From: Terrimicrobiaceae bacterium
GTDB lineage: Bacteria > Verrucomicrobiota > Verrucomicrobiia > Chthoniobacterales > Terrimicrobiaceae
Direction: 5' to 3'
Assembly: GCA_041737265.1 (NCBI GenBank)
Contig: JBGSSC010000475.1
Coordinates: 1-60,609 of the forward strand
Length of the DNA: 60,609 nt
Shown here: one piece after another, positions 24,479 through 34,120 of the stretch
Layout: the number at the start of each line of letters is the position of its first letter
Numbering within the stretch: the stretch's first letter is position 1
The notes under the pieces: model-generated
Seen by the model: the letters and a program-made list of their open reading frames with translations, nothing else
Database searches by the model: none
Told to the model about the DNA's origin: nothing
Position numbers and translations under genes: made by a program

Positions 24479-26872
24479 ATGTCGATCCATCACCTCATGG
24501 GTGCCAACAACACCGTAGCATTGGGTGGCGACCGGGTGTTTGAAAACTACGCCAACCTCGAGCGCTCGGCCTCCGAGGACGCGCTATTGATTATTGAAAG
24601 CGCGCGTATTCGCGGGGTCTGTCTGCTCGCGCCGTGGAACCTCTCCTGCAACGTCAACCCGCGCATGGATGCCGAGTTGGTGCGCATCGATTACCCGGAC
24701 TGGTCCGCGCCCGGCGCGAAGCCTCTCTTTGTGCCGCCGCACTCGAGTGAGTTCGCATTCTGGAAGCCGGAAGAAAAGGGCTACACCGCCTCGGTGAGTT
24801 TCGATCTCATCCGGCAATCCTTCCGTCCGGTCGCGGTGATTGATGAATCACGCCGTTCGCAATACCACGCAGGCGCCGCCGTGGTGCGTCATCTCCACGT
24901 GGTCAACGACACCGCCAGCGATCTCACGGGCACGGTCCGGGTAAAATTGGGTAACCGCCTGGTTCACGAGTCCACCGTCAGCGTGGAGCGCGGTCGCGTG
25001 CAATGCGTCGATGCCGCTTGGACGGTGGCCGACGTTTCCACCAGCGGCGAGCAGGCCTACGACGTATCTTTTGATTCCGATGGCGGCAGCGACTCGTGGG
25101 AACGCCCTTGGTTTGTAGCCAAAGAGTTCGCTTCCGACCGCCCTTTGCGAAACCTCGCGGTGACGCTCGTCGGGACCGATGCGCTCGCTGAAACCTTGAG
25201 CAAACTGGCAGCGCGCGTCCGCTCCGTCGCGACCTTGGAGGAGATTAATCCCGCCTCCGATCGCGTGGTGCTCGTCGCGCCTTTTGCGATCAAAGCCACT
25301 TCGGCGGATCGCCTGCGCGAATTGCTCGATGTCGGCGTGCGCGTCGTTCTGCTGGAGCAGCGGACAAGTGTCTTTCCGGGCTCACCGATGAAGGAACAGT
25401 CGGTGCCGACCGCGTGGAAGCGTTCGCCGCTGCACCCGGTTTTTCACAACATCGGTGAAGAGTTGCTCAAGTTCTGGGGCGACACACCTTACCCTGCGCT
25501 GGCGGGCGATCACTTTGTTATCCACAGCGCCTACACCAAGGGAAGCGGACGTCATGCCTCTTGTCTGGCTGACACCGGTGACGGCGGCTTTGGCTATGGC
25601 GATCTCGAGGGACAGGCCATTCTGGAACTTGAGGACGGCGCGGGGCTATTGTTAGCCTGCCAGTTCCTTATTGGTGAGCGATTTGGTGACCTTCCGGTGG
25701 CCGAGCTCCTCTTGGTTAACCTCCTCCGGCGTGCCGCCGACTGGAAGTTGAGCCCGAGCGCAACGGTGGAGATGACCAAGGAGTTTTCACCGTCGCTGCT
25801 GGAGGCGGTGAATGAGGGCGCAACGTTGATTGTCAGTAATCCCACCGAAGCCGCGCTGGCGGAGTGGGCTCAAGCTCTCGCCGTAAAGCTCCAAACCCGC
25901 ACGGATCCATCTGGCCTCTATCAAGCGGTACGCACGGCAGAAGGGCACCCGCTTGTGGAAGGCATCTCACAATACGACCTCAGCGGCATCGAGACGTGGA
26001 CTTACAGCTGGCACAACGTCCCGAACAAACCGGTCGCAGCGCGCATGATACTTCCCGCTGCGCGTCTCGAGGAGTTGCTTGTCACCGCGCCGCGTTCCGC
26101 CCTCCGTGAACTCTACGTCTATGACGGCAGTTCGGAAATGCTCCGCGCTCACACCGCCAGTCGCTTTTGCTATGGCACGGAGTTGGCGGATTTTGGTCTG
26201 CTCGCAGGTCTCGTTCGCCACGGCCGGGGGAGGGTTGTTTTTTCCCTGCTGGATGATACCGCCGAGGCTCCGGTTCGTTTGGGGCGTGTGCTTCATGCGT
26301 TGCAGAGAAACGTCGGCGGGCGCGTTGCTGACCGTGTTTGGGATGTGCCTGCAGTTGAACCGGAAAATCGCAGCGAAGGTTTCCCGACCAAGCTCCATCG
26401 CTGTCTCGAACCGCAAAATCAAGAATCCCTTCAGCGCCTCGTGGCTGCCACCAAACCGTTGCAGGATTTCTTCGGCTCACGGCAGATGCTCACCCAGTCA
26501 AGCTGGGAAGAAATCGAACTGCCCGACGGTCGCCTCATCGCGGGAACCGAACTCCCGGTGATCGTGGCAGGCACGGTCAACTCCCCTCGCCCGCGCAAAA
26601 ACGTCGAGATCAGCGTGCTCAACTGCCCCAATCCGGAAGAGCAGGTTTTTTGTGATATCGAAGGAGACGGGAAGCTCACCTTCTTCCTCAATAGCGTCGA
26701 GATCGCCAGCGCCAGTTTAGACGGTGGAGTTGTTACAGTTCCCGACATAGAGCTGGAGGCTGGCAATAATCATTATCTGATCCACTGGCACCCAACCAAA
26801 CCCGACGCCAAAATCCGGATGCAATGGCGCAATATCATGCGAAAGCCTGAAAAAACGCTCCAATTTTTTTAG
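24479..26872 (+). CDS. GH2 glycoside hydrolase, C-terminal continuation (same frame as 22976..24457)
   Basis: 24458-24478 reads RPLHAGE in frame and then MSIHHLMGAN, resembling the LacZ nucleophile block RPLILCEYAHAMGN. The Glu codon GAA at 24476-24478 lies between the two ORFs. About 790 aa of accessory domains follow. Confidence 0.65.
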   Translation: MSIHHLMGANNTVALGGDRVFENYANLERSASEDALLIIESARIRGVCLLAPWNLSCNVNPRMDAELVRIDYPDWSAPGAKPLFVPPHSSEFAFWKPEEKGYTASVSFDLIRQSFRPVAVIDESRRSQYHAGAAVVRHLHVVNDTASDLTGTVRVKLGNRLVHESTVSVERGRVQCVDAAWTVADVSTSGEQAYDVSFDSDGGSDSWERPWFVAKEFASDRPLRNLAVTLVGTDALAETLSKLAARVRSVATLEEINPASDRVVLVAPFAIKATSADRLRELLDVGVRVVLLEQRTSVFPGSPMKEQSVPTAWKRSPLHPVFHNIGEELLKFWGDTPYPALAGDHFVIHSAYTKGSGRHASCLADTGDGGFGYGDLEGQAILELEDGAGLLLACQFLIGERFGDLPVAELLLVNLLRRAADWKLSPSATVEMTKEFSPSLLEAVNEGATLIVSNPTEAALAEWAQALAVKLQTRTDPSGLYQAVRTAEGHPLVEGISQYDLSGIETWTYSWHNVPNKPVAARMILPAARLEELLVTAPRSALRELYVYDGSSEMLRAHTASRFCYGTELADFGLLAGLVRHGRGRVVFSLLDDTAEAPVRLGRVLHALQRNVGGRVADRVWDVPAVEPENRSEGFPTKLHRCLEPQNQESLQRLVAATKPLQDFFGSRQMLTQSSWEEIELPDGRLIAGTELPVIVAGTVNSPRPRKNVEISVLNCPNPEEQVFCDIEGDGKLTFFLNSVEIASASLDGGVVTVPDIELEAGNNHYLIHWHPTKPDAKIRMQWRNIMRKPEKTLQFF

Positions 26873-26994
26873 GACCTTTTGATTTCATTTTAAAAATCAC
26901 GGTCGCGGCCGACCCGAAGATATCACTGCAAAATACTTTCCAGAAAATTACCCGGTTGCTGCGGCGATCAGGGGGCTCCCTCGCGACTCGCCTC

Positions 26995-28290
26995 ATGAAA
27001 AATTATCCCGTCATATACGACTCCACTTATCTCACGCATGGCGACGGACGTTATCCGCTTGCCGACATCACGCCTCTTCAAGACTCCGCTCGGGCCTCAG
27101 TCATCACTGATGAATTTCTTGGTCAGCATTGGAAGAAAATGGTTCGCCAACCCATCGGCAACCTCAAGCGGCCGTATGTGGTTCCGGGCGTGTATGAGGC
27201 CCTTTGGGACTGGGACAGTTTCTTTATTGCCTGCGCCATGCCGGAGGAATCGATTCCTTATGGCCAGGGCTCGATCCTGAACCTCCTCGACGGGGTGCGC
27301 GAGGATGGACGCCCACCCAAGATGGCGTCACCCAACGGTGCTTATCTCTACGAAGCGCATCCCTACCCATTGCATGCCCAATTCTGCTATCTCATCGCCG
27401 ACAGGATGGGTCATTTTGAATGGGTGGATGCCGTGTGGGAAAAGTTGCTCAAGGTGGATGACTGGTATGAGCGCGAAACCATGGTCCGAGGCGGCTACCC
27501 CGTTTGGCTGGGACTCCATGGAAACGGCATCGACAACAACCCTGCCGTTTATGGGCGTCCGCCGAAGTCGAGCGCTGGGGTGGATCTTGCCTGCTGGCAT
27601 TATCGAGACCTCCGCGCTATGGCCAAACTGGCCGATCAACTCAATAAGCCGGGTGCCGAGCAATTCCGGGAGCGCGCCAACAATCTCGGTCGTCTGGTGC
27701 GCACCCGCTACTGGGATCAAATGGACGATTTTTTCTACAACATCGATTGCCTAACCGACAAGGGAGAGACCGCGCTTCAAGGGGTCACCTGGGAGACTTT
27801 TCTCAAGTTCCGCAACTGGGCTTCTTTCTTTCCCCTCTGGGCCCGGTTGGCCACTCCGGAGCAGGCTCTTGCCCTGCGCAACCGGATGATGGATGCCAGG
27901 GAGTTTCTCGCGCCGGCCGGGTTGCGCTCGCACAGCGCACGGGATCCGATTTACCACAACACTGCCACCGGCAACCCATCCAACTGGCAGGGGCCGGTCT
28001 GGGGGCTGAGCACGTTCCTTTCGGCCTACTGCCTCAACCACCATGGATACCGCGAAGATTCCATTGACCTTGCCTCGCGCCTGCTCAAGGTTTTTGCCGC
28101 TGACGTCGAAACAAACAGGTGTTTACACGAGTTCTATCATGGCGATACCAGCCAGCCACTGATCAATCCGGGTTTCCTAAGCTGGAACTTGCTGGCTCAT
28201 GGCCTCATGAATAACTTGCAACGCACCTTCGATCCGACCACGGGGTCGCTGCTCGACGAGCATGTGGGATCTGAGCCTCCTGCAGAATGA
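26995..28290 (+). CDS. (alpha/alpha)6-barrel glycoside hydrolase, GH63/GH37-like (clan GH-G)
   Basis: ATG 26995 (the upstream TTG is less likely). Motifs YEALWDWDSFF, GLHGNGIDNNP and GNPSNWQGPVWGLSTF are reminiscent of trehalase/GH63-type barrels. No signal peptide. Confidence 0.55.
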   Translation: MKNYPVIYDSTYLTHGDGRYPLADITPLQDSARASVITDEFLGQHWKKMVRQPIGNLKRPYVVPGVYEALWDWDSFFIACAMPEESIPYGQGSILNLLDGVREDGRPPKMASPNGAYLYEAHPYPLHAQFCYLIADRMGHFEWVDAVWEKLLKVDDWYERETMVRGGYPVWLGLHGNGIDNNPAVYGRPPKSSAGVDLACWHYRDLRAMAKLADQLNKPGAEQFRERANNLGRLVRTRYWDQMDDFFYNIDCLTDKGETALQGVTWETFLKFRNWASFFPLWARLATPEQALALRNRMMDAREFLAPAGLRSHSARDPIYHNTATGNPSNWQGPVWGLSTFLSAYCLNHHGYREDSIDLASRLLKVFAADVETNRCLHEFYHGDTSQPLINPGFLSWNLLAHGLMNNLQRTFDPTTGSLLDEHVGSEPPAE

Positions 28291-28312
28291 TAATTCAGCG
28301 CAACAACACACC

Positions 28313-29329
28313 ATGAAAATCGAAACTGAAAGCGCCAGCGGACGAGGCGCACAACGCCTGAGCATCGAGAAACTCCAAAGCTGGGAGGCTTTGAAATTCG
28401 GGATGTTTATCCACTATGGCATGAGCACCTACACGGGTTCGGAACTGCCCGACGGAAGTCACCCATCCACCCTCTACTCGCCGGATAAGCTCGATGTGGA
28501 CCAGTGGGTCTCCGTTGCCCGCGACGTCGGGATGAAATACGCTGTGCTCACCACGAAGCATGTTGCAGGTCACTGCCTCTGGCCGACCAAGCTCAATGAC
28601 TACCACGTCGGCACCAGCGGCAACCAAACCGATGTGGTCGAGGCCTTCGTCAAGGCCTGTGAAAAACGCGGGGTGCTGCCGGGCTTCTATTATTGCTCAT
28701 GGGACAACCACAATGTCTTCGGCTCGCAAACCCCGAGCCACGTGGCGGACTGGGAGCGTGCGCAGTTCGGGCTCATCCCCGATACCCAGCTTTCCTTCAC
28801 ATCGCGCGCTTATGTGGATTTCCAAAGCGCGCAGATTGAAGAACTCCTCACCCAATACGGCCCGGTCGGTGAAGTCTGGATTGATATTCCAAGCGTCCTA
28901 CCACGATTCTATCGCCACGAGCTCTACAATCAGATTGCCGGGCACCAACAGCAGTCGGTCATCATGATGAACAATGGGATCAGCGACGGCTCCATCTATC
29001 CCATCGCCAAAGCCTGGCCGGCAGACATCATCGCCATTGAGCGCTTTCTACCCAACAGCCACACCGGCCATGTCAAATGGCGCGATATCGAGGGTGAAAA
29101 TTATTACATGCCCGGTGAAGTCTGCGACCCCATTGGACGCGAATGGTTCTTCACCGAGGAAGACCAGCCCCGCAGCGACGAGGAACTGCTCGGCATGTAT
29201 CTCGTGAGCATCAGCCGCGGCACGAACCTCCTCCTCGATGTCGGCCCCAACAAGCACGGCCTGATTCCGCAAAAGTATGTGGGTGCCCTGCAGCGGCTGC
29301 GAAAAAATCTCGACCTTCTCGGGGTGTGA
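28313..29329 (+). CDS. GH29 alpha-L-fucosidase (catalytic domain only)
   Basis: LKFGMFIHYGMSTY and AVLTTKHVAGHCLWPTK match the GH29 FG.F.HWG / KHHDGF blocks. ATG 28313 lies after the upstream stop at 28288-28290. No signal peptide. Confidence 0.75.
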   Translation: MKIETESASGRGAQRLSIEKLQSWEALKFGMFIHYGMSTYTGSELPDGSHPSTLYSPDKLDVDQWVSVARDVGMKYAVLTTKHVAGHCLWPTKLNDYHVGTSGNQTDVVEAFVKACEKRGVLPGFYYCSWDNHNVFGSQTPSHVADWERAQFGLIPDTQLSFTSRAYVDFQSAQIEELLTQYGPVGEVWIDIPSVLPRFYRHELYNQIAGHQQQSVIMMNNGISDGSIYPIAKAWPADIIAIERFLPNSHTGHVKWRDIEGENYYMPGEVCDPIGREWFFTEEDQPRSDEELLGMYLVSISRGTNLLLDVGPNKHGLIPQKYVGALQRLRKNLDLLGV

Positions 29330-29689
29330 CCAACCCGAGATCGGAACAGATACGCCAAAAAAAACACCCGTAACGACACAATCTAACTTCGGAGTTCGGG
29401 GTGAAAATTCCGGATTAGAAGCGTTTGTCTTCGCCAAGATGGCTGGTTACCTGGTAGTCCAAGGCCGAGGCCGCGTTCAGGCTATCCCACCAATACAGCT
29501 TCCGGCGGTCTTCGATTTCCGGGGTAACTTCCAGGACTCCGGCGCTCAACCGGGCGCGGTTTCGACTCCAACAGGCCATGGATGTCCTTCTGTGCGTCGG
29601 CCCGGCAGGGTCACGGAGGACTTCTGCAAAACAAGTCCACCCGATTGACGGCGGCCATCAAGCCGTGCCATGCCGGCAATCCGCCGGGT

Positions 29690-29932
29690 TTACTTGGGCA
29701 TCAGCGCCGCCTTGAGCGTGGGCAGCAATACTTCGTGATAATCCTCGGCTTGGGGATGAATGCGATCGGGCACCAGCTTGTCAAAACGCGTAGGATCCTC
29801 CGTCATGAGCTTCAGCCAGTTCGGATAGTGATCCACCAGGATGAGGTTACGTTCCTTGGCCACGTCACGGTGGATTTGAAGGTATTCGGTGGAGGCTGAT
29901 GGCTTTGAATGGGGCGGTTTTAAAGTTATGAC
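29690..29932 (-). pseudogene. C-terminal relic of an SGNH/GDSL-type hydrolase gene
   Basis: The minus-strand frame reads ...YLQIHRDVAKERNLILVDHYPNWLKLMTEDPTRFDKLVPDRIHPQAEDYHEVLLPTLKAALMPK*, like SGNH block V (D..HP). The frame opens only at 29932, immediately after the stop of the upstream gene, with no start and no blocks I-III. Confidence 0.45.
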
Positions 29933-29947
29933 CTATAAACCATTTAT

Positions 29948-31972
29948 TTAGTTTGTATTAATAACAAGCAGGGTGTGTTCGCGCACGGGTTTCGGGCTGA
30001 AGCGGATGGCGCGGGAGGATTTGCGAAACTTCAGTTCGTGACCGGTCATCGGGTCGTGGATTTTTTCGATCTTCAGACCTTCGGCCAGAGTGATGGAAAA
30101 GCCTCCGATCGGGAGTGGGTCGTTGAGCGACTCGAAGGAATTGCGGTCGCGGCGGTCGGCGGTGAAGGGGAGCATCTGGAGGACGATTGCCCCATCCTTT
30201 TCGCCAAGAGTGATTTCGAGCTGGCCCGGCGCGTTGGTCCGCAGCAGGCGCTGGGGCAGAAGTTTCTCGAAAACATTCCGCAGCAGCGTGCGGTGAGCGT
30301 GGTAGCCGGTGCTCAGGTAGGCGGCGAGAAGCGGTTGGGCGAAGGTAATGATCCGGCCATCCTTTGCGGAAATCATCGCCGCTCCCGCTTCAACGATGTC
30401 AGGCCCGTGGAAGTGACCGTAAAAATGCGCGCGGTTGCGGACAAACGGCGGCGTCTTCAGGCGCGCAAGGACTTTGCTGCCGGTCGCTGGCTTGATTTCC
30501 AGGCCTGGTGCGTGGACGTAATGGGCCATGTCGGGCAAGCCCCTGGCGAGGCGGCCTTCGACGGAGTAATAGCTGCCGGGGTGCTCGCTGGGTGTGGCGC
30601 TTTTGACACCAAGCAAGGCGTGCCAGCGAGCGGCGAAGGATGCAGCCGTGAGGATCGCATTCGGATCGACCAGCAGGGATCCGCCGCCGGTGACGAAGGC
30701 TTCGAGTTTGTCGAGTGCCGCTTCGGTAATCGGAGGTGTGGATACGATGAGCGTGCGCAGGCCGCTCCAATCCATCGAGGCATCGACGACATCCCACTGA
30801 ATGTGTTCTTCGGTTAAAAATTTGACCGCACCGTAGAGCGTGTCGAAGAGGGATACGCCGCTGCTCTTGGCCGCGACCATGGCCGCGCTTTCCACGCCGT
30901 CGGGGACGAGGATCGCCACCTCTCGCAGGCGCTTCATGCCCACGCACCAGGGCTGCCGGGGTTCGAGGAAGGTGTAGGCCTCGCCGATGGTTTGATAGAC
31001 GCCTTTTTCCAGGGCGCCGTTGCAGTGCATGTGGTCGCCGATGCAGCTGGAGGCCCCGACCATGAGATGCGTGGCGACTTGATACTTCAACTGGGCCGGC
31101 GAGACGAGCGTGCCGAAGTCGCCCCAGTTTTTCAGGAAGCGACCGGTCATACCCATCACGGGAACACCTGTATTGGAAAAATAACGACCGAGCAGCGGGA
31201 ACGCCAGCCAGCCGGTCTGGAACGGGAGGGTCTCGGCGTAGAAACCCGAGACCACGCCTTTGGCCTTGGCCGCTTCGCCGAACGCGTTGTAGCAGCCGAT
31301 TTCCAGGCGCAGGCCGGGATGAATCGCATCCATGCGACGGCGCAGTTCGCGCGCGAAGCGGTCGTGCGTGGCAGAATTGAACTGCTGGTGGGCGGTGTTG
31401 TCGTGCGGGTCGATGCCTTGCTCGTTCAACTGCCGCTGGCAATCATCGCAGAAACAACTGCCGGGCAGGTAGCCGGCCATGTCGATGAAGATGCCGTCCA
31501 CCGGATGGAGGCGCAGACACTCCTCGACATGCGGGAAGAAGAAACTTTCCAGCCACGAGCCGCGATTCGGGCAAAGCCAACGCCAGAAAAGCTCCGAGCC
31601 ATCGTGCAGGATTTGGGAATCAACCGGCTTGCCATCGAGGAATTGAGCGACGTGTTCCGGATGCGCTTCAGCAAAGACCTCGTCCACGTTCAGGCTGAAG
31701 TAGGCGAGCACCGGAATCTTGCGCTTGGAGGCCTCGGCAACCGCTTGTCCGAACAGATCGAAGCCGAGACCAGGGTGGCGCGTTCCGACTTTTGTGTCGA
31801 AATAGGAGTAGCCGTGGTGGCATTTGGCGAAGAGCGCGATCGAGTTGATCTTGGCCGCTTCGAGTGTGTCGAAGAAGGTCTTGGCATCGAACTTGTCTCC
31901 GACTTTCACAAAGCCTGGAGTATGAAAGTCCAGGTGGATCTGGCGGAGTTCGTTTTGATGGATATTGTTCAT
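29948..31972 (-). CDS. cytoplasmic TIM-barrel putative glycoside hydrolase (GHL6-like N-terminus with GH42-type trimerisation-like C-terminal region)
   Basis: ATG at 31972-31970 gives MNNIHQNELRQIHLDFHTPGF...INSIALFAKCHHGYSYFDTKVGTRHPGL. The upstream 51 codons of the track ORF overlap the preceding gene. The family name is recalled, not verified. Confidence 0.5.
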   Translation of the reverse strand: MNNIHQNELRQIHLDFHTPGFVKVGDKFDAKTFFDTLEAAKINSIALFAKCHHGYSYFDTKVGTRHPGLGFDLFGQAVAEASKRKIPVLAYFSLNVDEVFAEAHPEHVAQFLDGKPVDSQILHDGSELFWRWLCPNRGSWLESFFFPHVEECLRLHPVDGIFIDMAGYLPGSCFCDDCQRQLNEQGIDPHDNTAHQQFNSATHDRFARELRRRMDAIHPGLRLEIGCYNAFGEAAKAKGVVSGFYAETLPFQTGWLAFPLLGRYFSNTGVPVMGMTGRFLKNWGDFGTLVSPAQLKYQVATHLMVGASSCIGDHMHCNGALEKGVYQTIGEAYTFLEPRQPWCVGMKRLREVAILVPDGVESAAMVAAKSSGVSLFDTLYGAVKFLTEEHIQWDVVDASMDWSGLRTLIVSTPPITEAALDKLEAFVTGGGSLLVDPNAILTAASFAARWHALLGVKSATPSEHPGSYYSVEGRLARGLPDMAHYVHAPGLEIKPATGSKVLARLKTPPFVRNRAHFYGHFHGPDIVEAGAAMISAKDGRIITFAQPLLAAYLSTGYHAHRTLLRNVFEKLLPQRLLRTNAPGQLEITLGEKDGAIVLQMLPFTADRRDRNSFESLNDPLPIGGFSITLAEGLKIEKIHDPMTGHELKFRKSSRAIRFSPKPVREHTLLVINTN

Positions 31973-31979
31973 ATTGTTA

Positions 31980-34118
31980 TCATTTTTCGCCCGCAGTCCG
32001 TCCGGAAGTGGTTGGCCGGATAGGCGTTTTTGTTGAAAAGGCCGGATCGATAAAAACAAGCACGCACCCGAGGCGGTCCATGCAGCCGACAGCAACCGAG
32101 TGCCCATCAGGCGAGACGGCCACACTCGTCGGACGATTGCACGTGACCTGCCCCGGCTCGGTGGGCAGGGACAAATTCGGACGGCCGAGTTCTGCTAGAC
32201 CGGCTTGCGGGTCCCATCGAAAAATGAGCCCCAGATCCAGTTCATCGCCCGCGACGCCATAGACCTGCTGGCTGGCGGGATCGCTGGCCAGCTGGTGAAC
32301 CGGTCCCATGACGCTGAGCGCGCCGTAGGAGGTGATTTTTCCCGAAGATTCGTCGAGCCGCGCGATCATGCCGTCTGAGGTTCCGAGCAGGAGACCGCCT
32401 TCCACCGGGCAAGAGGCTGTGGTGACTGCACGAAACTTTCTTCCGGAACGCGCGGGAAGCCCTTCCGGGAACGGTTGCTGCCGCCCAATCGGCAATGCTG
32501 GAACCGTATTCATGCGCAATAGCGCTCCTGTCCCCGGATTCCACTGGAACGCATGGAGCGCATCGGTCGGGCTGCCGCACATGATGGCGACCGTCCCGTC
32601 CCCGGCCCAACTCACCGAGTGGATGTGACCCTCATTCGTAGGGACATGCTCCCACACCCGCAGGGCTGTCGCCGACGCACACGCGACGGACGTTGAGGCT
32701 TCCTTTGCCATGTAAGCGGACATATCCTTTATGAAGTCGGCACACTCCCGATATGGCTTTGCGGCTGGTGAGCCGGACACTTTCGGGAACAACTCTGCTG
32801 CTTCTGTCGAAAACATTACTGGCAACGGATCGAGCAAGGTTGCATCGGTCATCTCGACGGCATCTGCGGCCGGCTGCGAGAAGATCGCACGGAGGTCGAG
32901 CACGGTGATCACCGGGGGATCTTCCGCATGGTTGGTATCCGCAATAAAAAGCGTGTCCGTGCGGGGGTCGAGGATCGTTTCGCTAATGCCAAAGGTCATT
33001 CGCTCCGGCGTGCCAATGGCTCCCATGAGCTGAGGTTTTTCTCCGCGCATCACATCCCAGCGGATCAATTGCATGGGTGTTCCCGGCATCCCGTAAGGCG
33101 CTCCCAAGGCAGTCCAGAGAACGCCCGTGCTATCGAAGCGAAACATCGTGCAGATGTTGGGCTGGATGTGGCGAAACTCCTCCGGGACGTGATTTCCGAC
33201 GCGCTCGATGGTGCCCGACCCGGGGTCGAGCGCATAAACGAAATCCGCGAAAACCCATGACATCCACATCCGTCCATCGGGCCCGATATCCGAGTTGGCC
33301 AGCACCCGGTGATGGCCGTAGAGGCGGTTCGTCTCCGGCGGCTGGGGAACAAGGCCCATGTCCTCGACTGAGTCGGCTCCCGGCCGGACACGCCAGAGGT
33401 GCCCGGATCTGCTGGAGGTGTAGATATTCCCCAGCGGATCGCGGAACAAATAGTAGCTGCCGAATTCCGTGATTTTCCCGTAGTCCGTCAGCTTTCGCGA
33501 ATCGAGGTCCAGCCGGTAGAGATGGCCCCGCAAAAACGTATTGAAGAACACGGCATTGCGGTCCGGGTCATAGACCATGCCGTAGATCGAATCGCGGGGC
33601 ACCGGGCAGCCGAGCGTCTCGACTTTCCGCGTCTTCGGGTCAAAAATGAGAACATGCGACCCAGGGAATCCCTCCCAGTGATCGTAGTAGTGGCTTTCAA
33701 ACATCCAGTATTTGTGCGAGGGCGCCGGTGAGGTGGTATGCGTGCTCATCACCAGACGCCCGTCATTGATCGGGTGGATCGAGGTGTGAATCTTGCTCGG
33801 GGGGATCGCCCGCGCGGGGCACATCGTCACCTCGCCGCCATCAAAGAGCTGTTCAAACTTTCGCGTGACGGGATCAAACTCGAAGAGAATGACCGAGGCC
33901 GATGCGGAGAACTCGTTGCAGAGCGCGGCATAATGTTTGCCGTTGCCGCCCTCGGCGTAGTTCCAAACCGCGTTGTGCGTGGAAACAATCGGGAACGCGT
34001 GCTGCGTCACGCTCCCGCCCGTTAGAAAACAACGCGCCGCCTTCGGAAACGAGCCGAATTGGAAGGGCTGGCCAATCGGGTCGGCAGAAGGCGGAATTTC
34101 AATGTCAGGATTTTTCAT
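31980..34118 (-). CDS. cytoplasmic beta-propeller-like repeat protein, function unknown (paralog of 1..635)
   Basis: ATG 34118-34116 (MKNPDIEIPP...), 2 nt after the upstream stop. It has repetitive strand-rich blocks (IYGMVYDPDRNAVFFNTFLRGHLYRLDL..., GNIYTSSRSGHLWRV...). Its C-terminus is colinear with the partial ORF at the window start. No signal peptide. Confidence 0.65.
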   Translation of the reverse strand: MKNPDIEIPPSADPIGQPFQFGSFPKAARCFLTGGSVTQHAFPIVSTHNAVWNYAEGGNGKHYAALCNEFSASASVILFEFDPVTRKFEQLFDGGEVTMCPARAIPPSKIHTSIHPINDGRLVMSTHTTSPAPSHKYWMFESHYYDHWEGFPGSHVLIFDPKTRKVETLGCPVPRDSIYGMVYDPDRNAVFFNTFLRGHLYRLDLDSRKLTDYGKITEFGSYYLFRDPLGNIYTSSRSGHLWRVRPGADSVEDMGLVPQPPETNRLYGHHRVLANSDIGPDGRMWMSWVFADFVYALDPGSGTIERVGNHVPEEFRHIQPNICTMFRFDSTGVLWTALGAPYGMPGTPMQLIRWDVMRGEKPQLMGAIGTPERMTFGISETILDPRTDTLFIADTNHAEDPPVITVLDLRAIFSQPAADAVEMTDATLLDPLPVMFSTEAAELFPKVSGSPAAKPYRECADFIKDMSAYMAKEASTSVACASATALRVWEHVPTNEGHIHSVSWAGDGTVAIMCGSPTDALHAFQWNPGTGALLRMNTVPALPIGRQQPFPEGLPARSGRKFRAVTTASCPVEGGLLLGTSDGMIARLDESSGKITSYGALSVMGPVHQLASDPASQQVYGVAGDELDLGLIFRWDPQAGLAELGRPNLSLPTEPGQVTCNRPTSVAVSPDGHSVAVGCMDRLGCVLVFIDPAFSTKTPIRPTTSGRTAGEK

Positions 34119-34120
34119 GT

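Noticed and set aside
26901-26914. Hairpin GGTCG-CGGC-CGACC after the GH2 gene, considered as a rho-independent terminator.
   Set aside because: It has a 5-bp stem, no U-tract, and the next gene of the same operon follows within ~80 nt.
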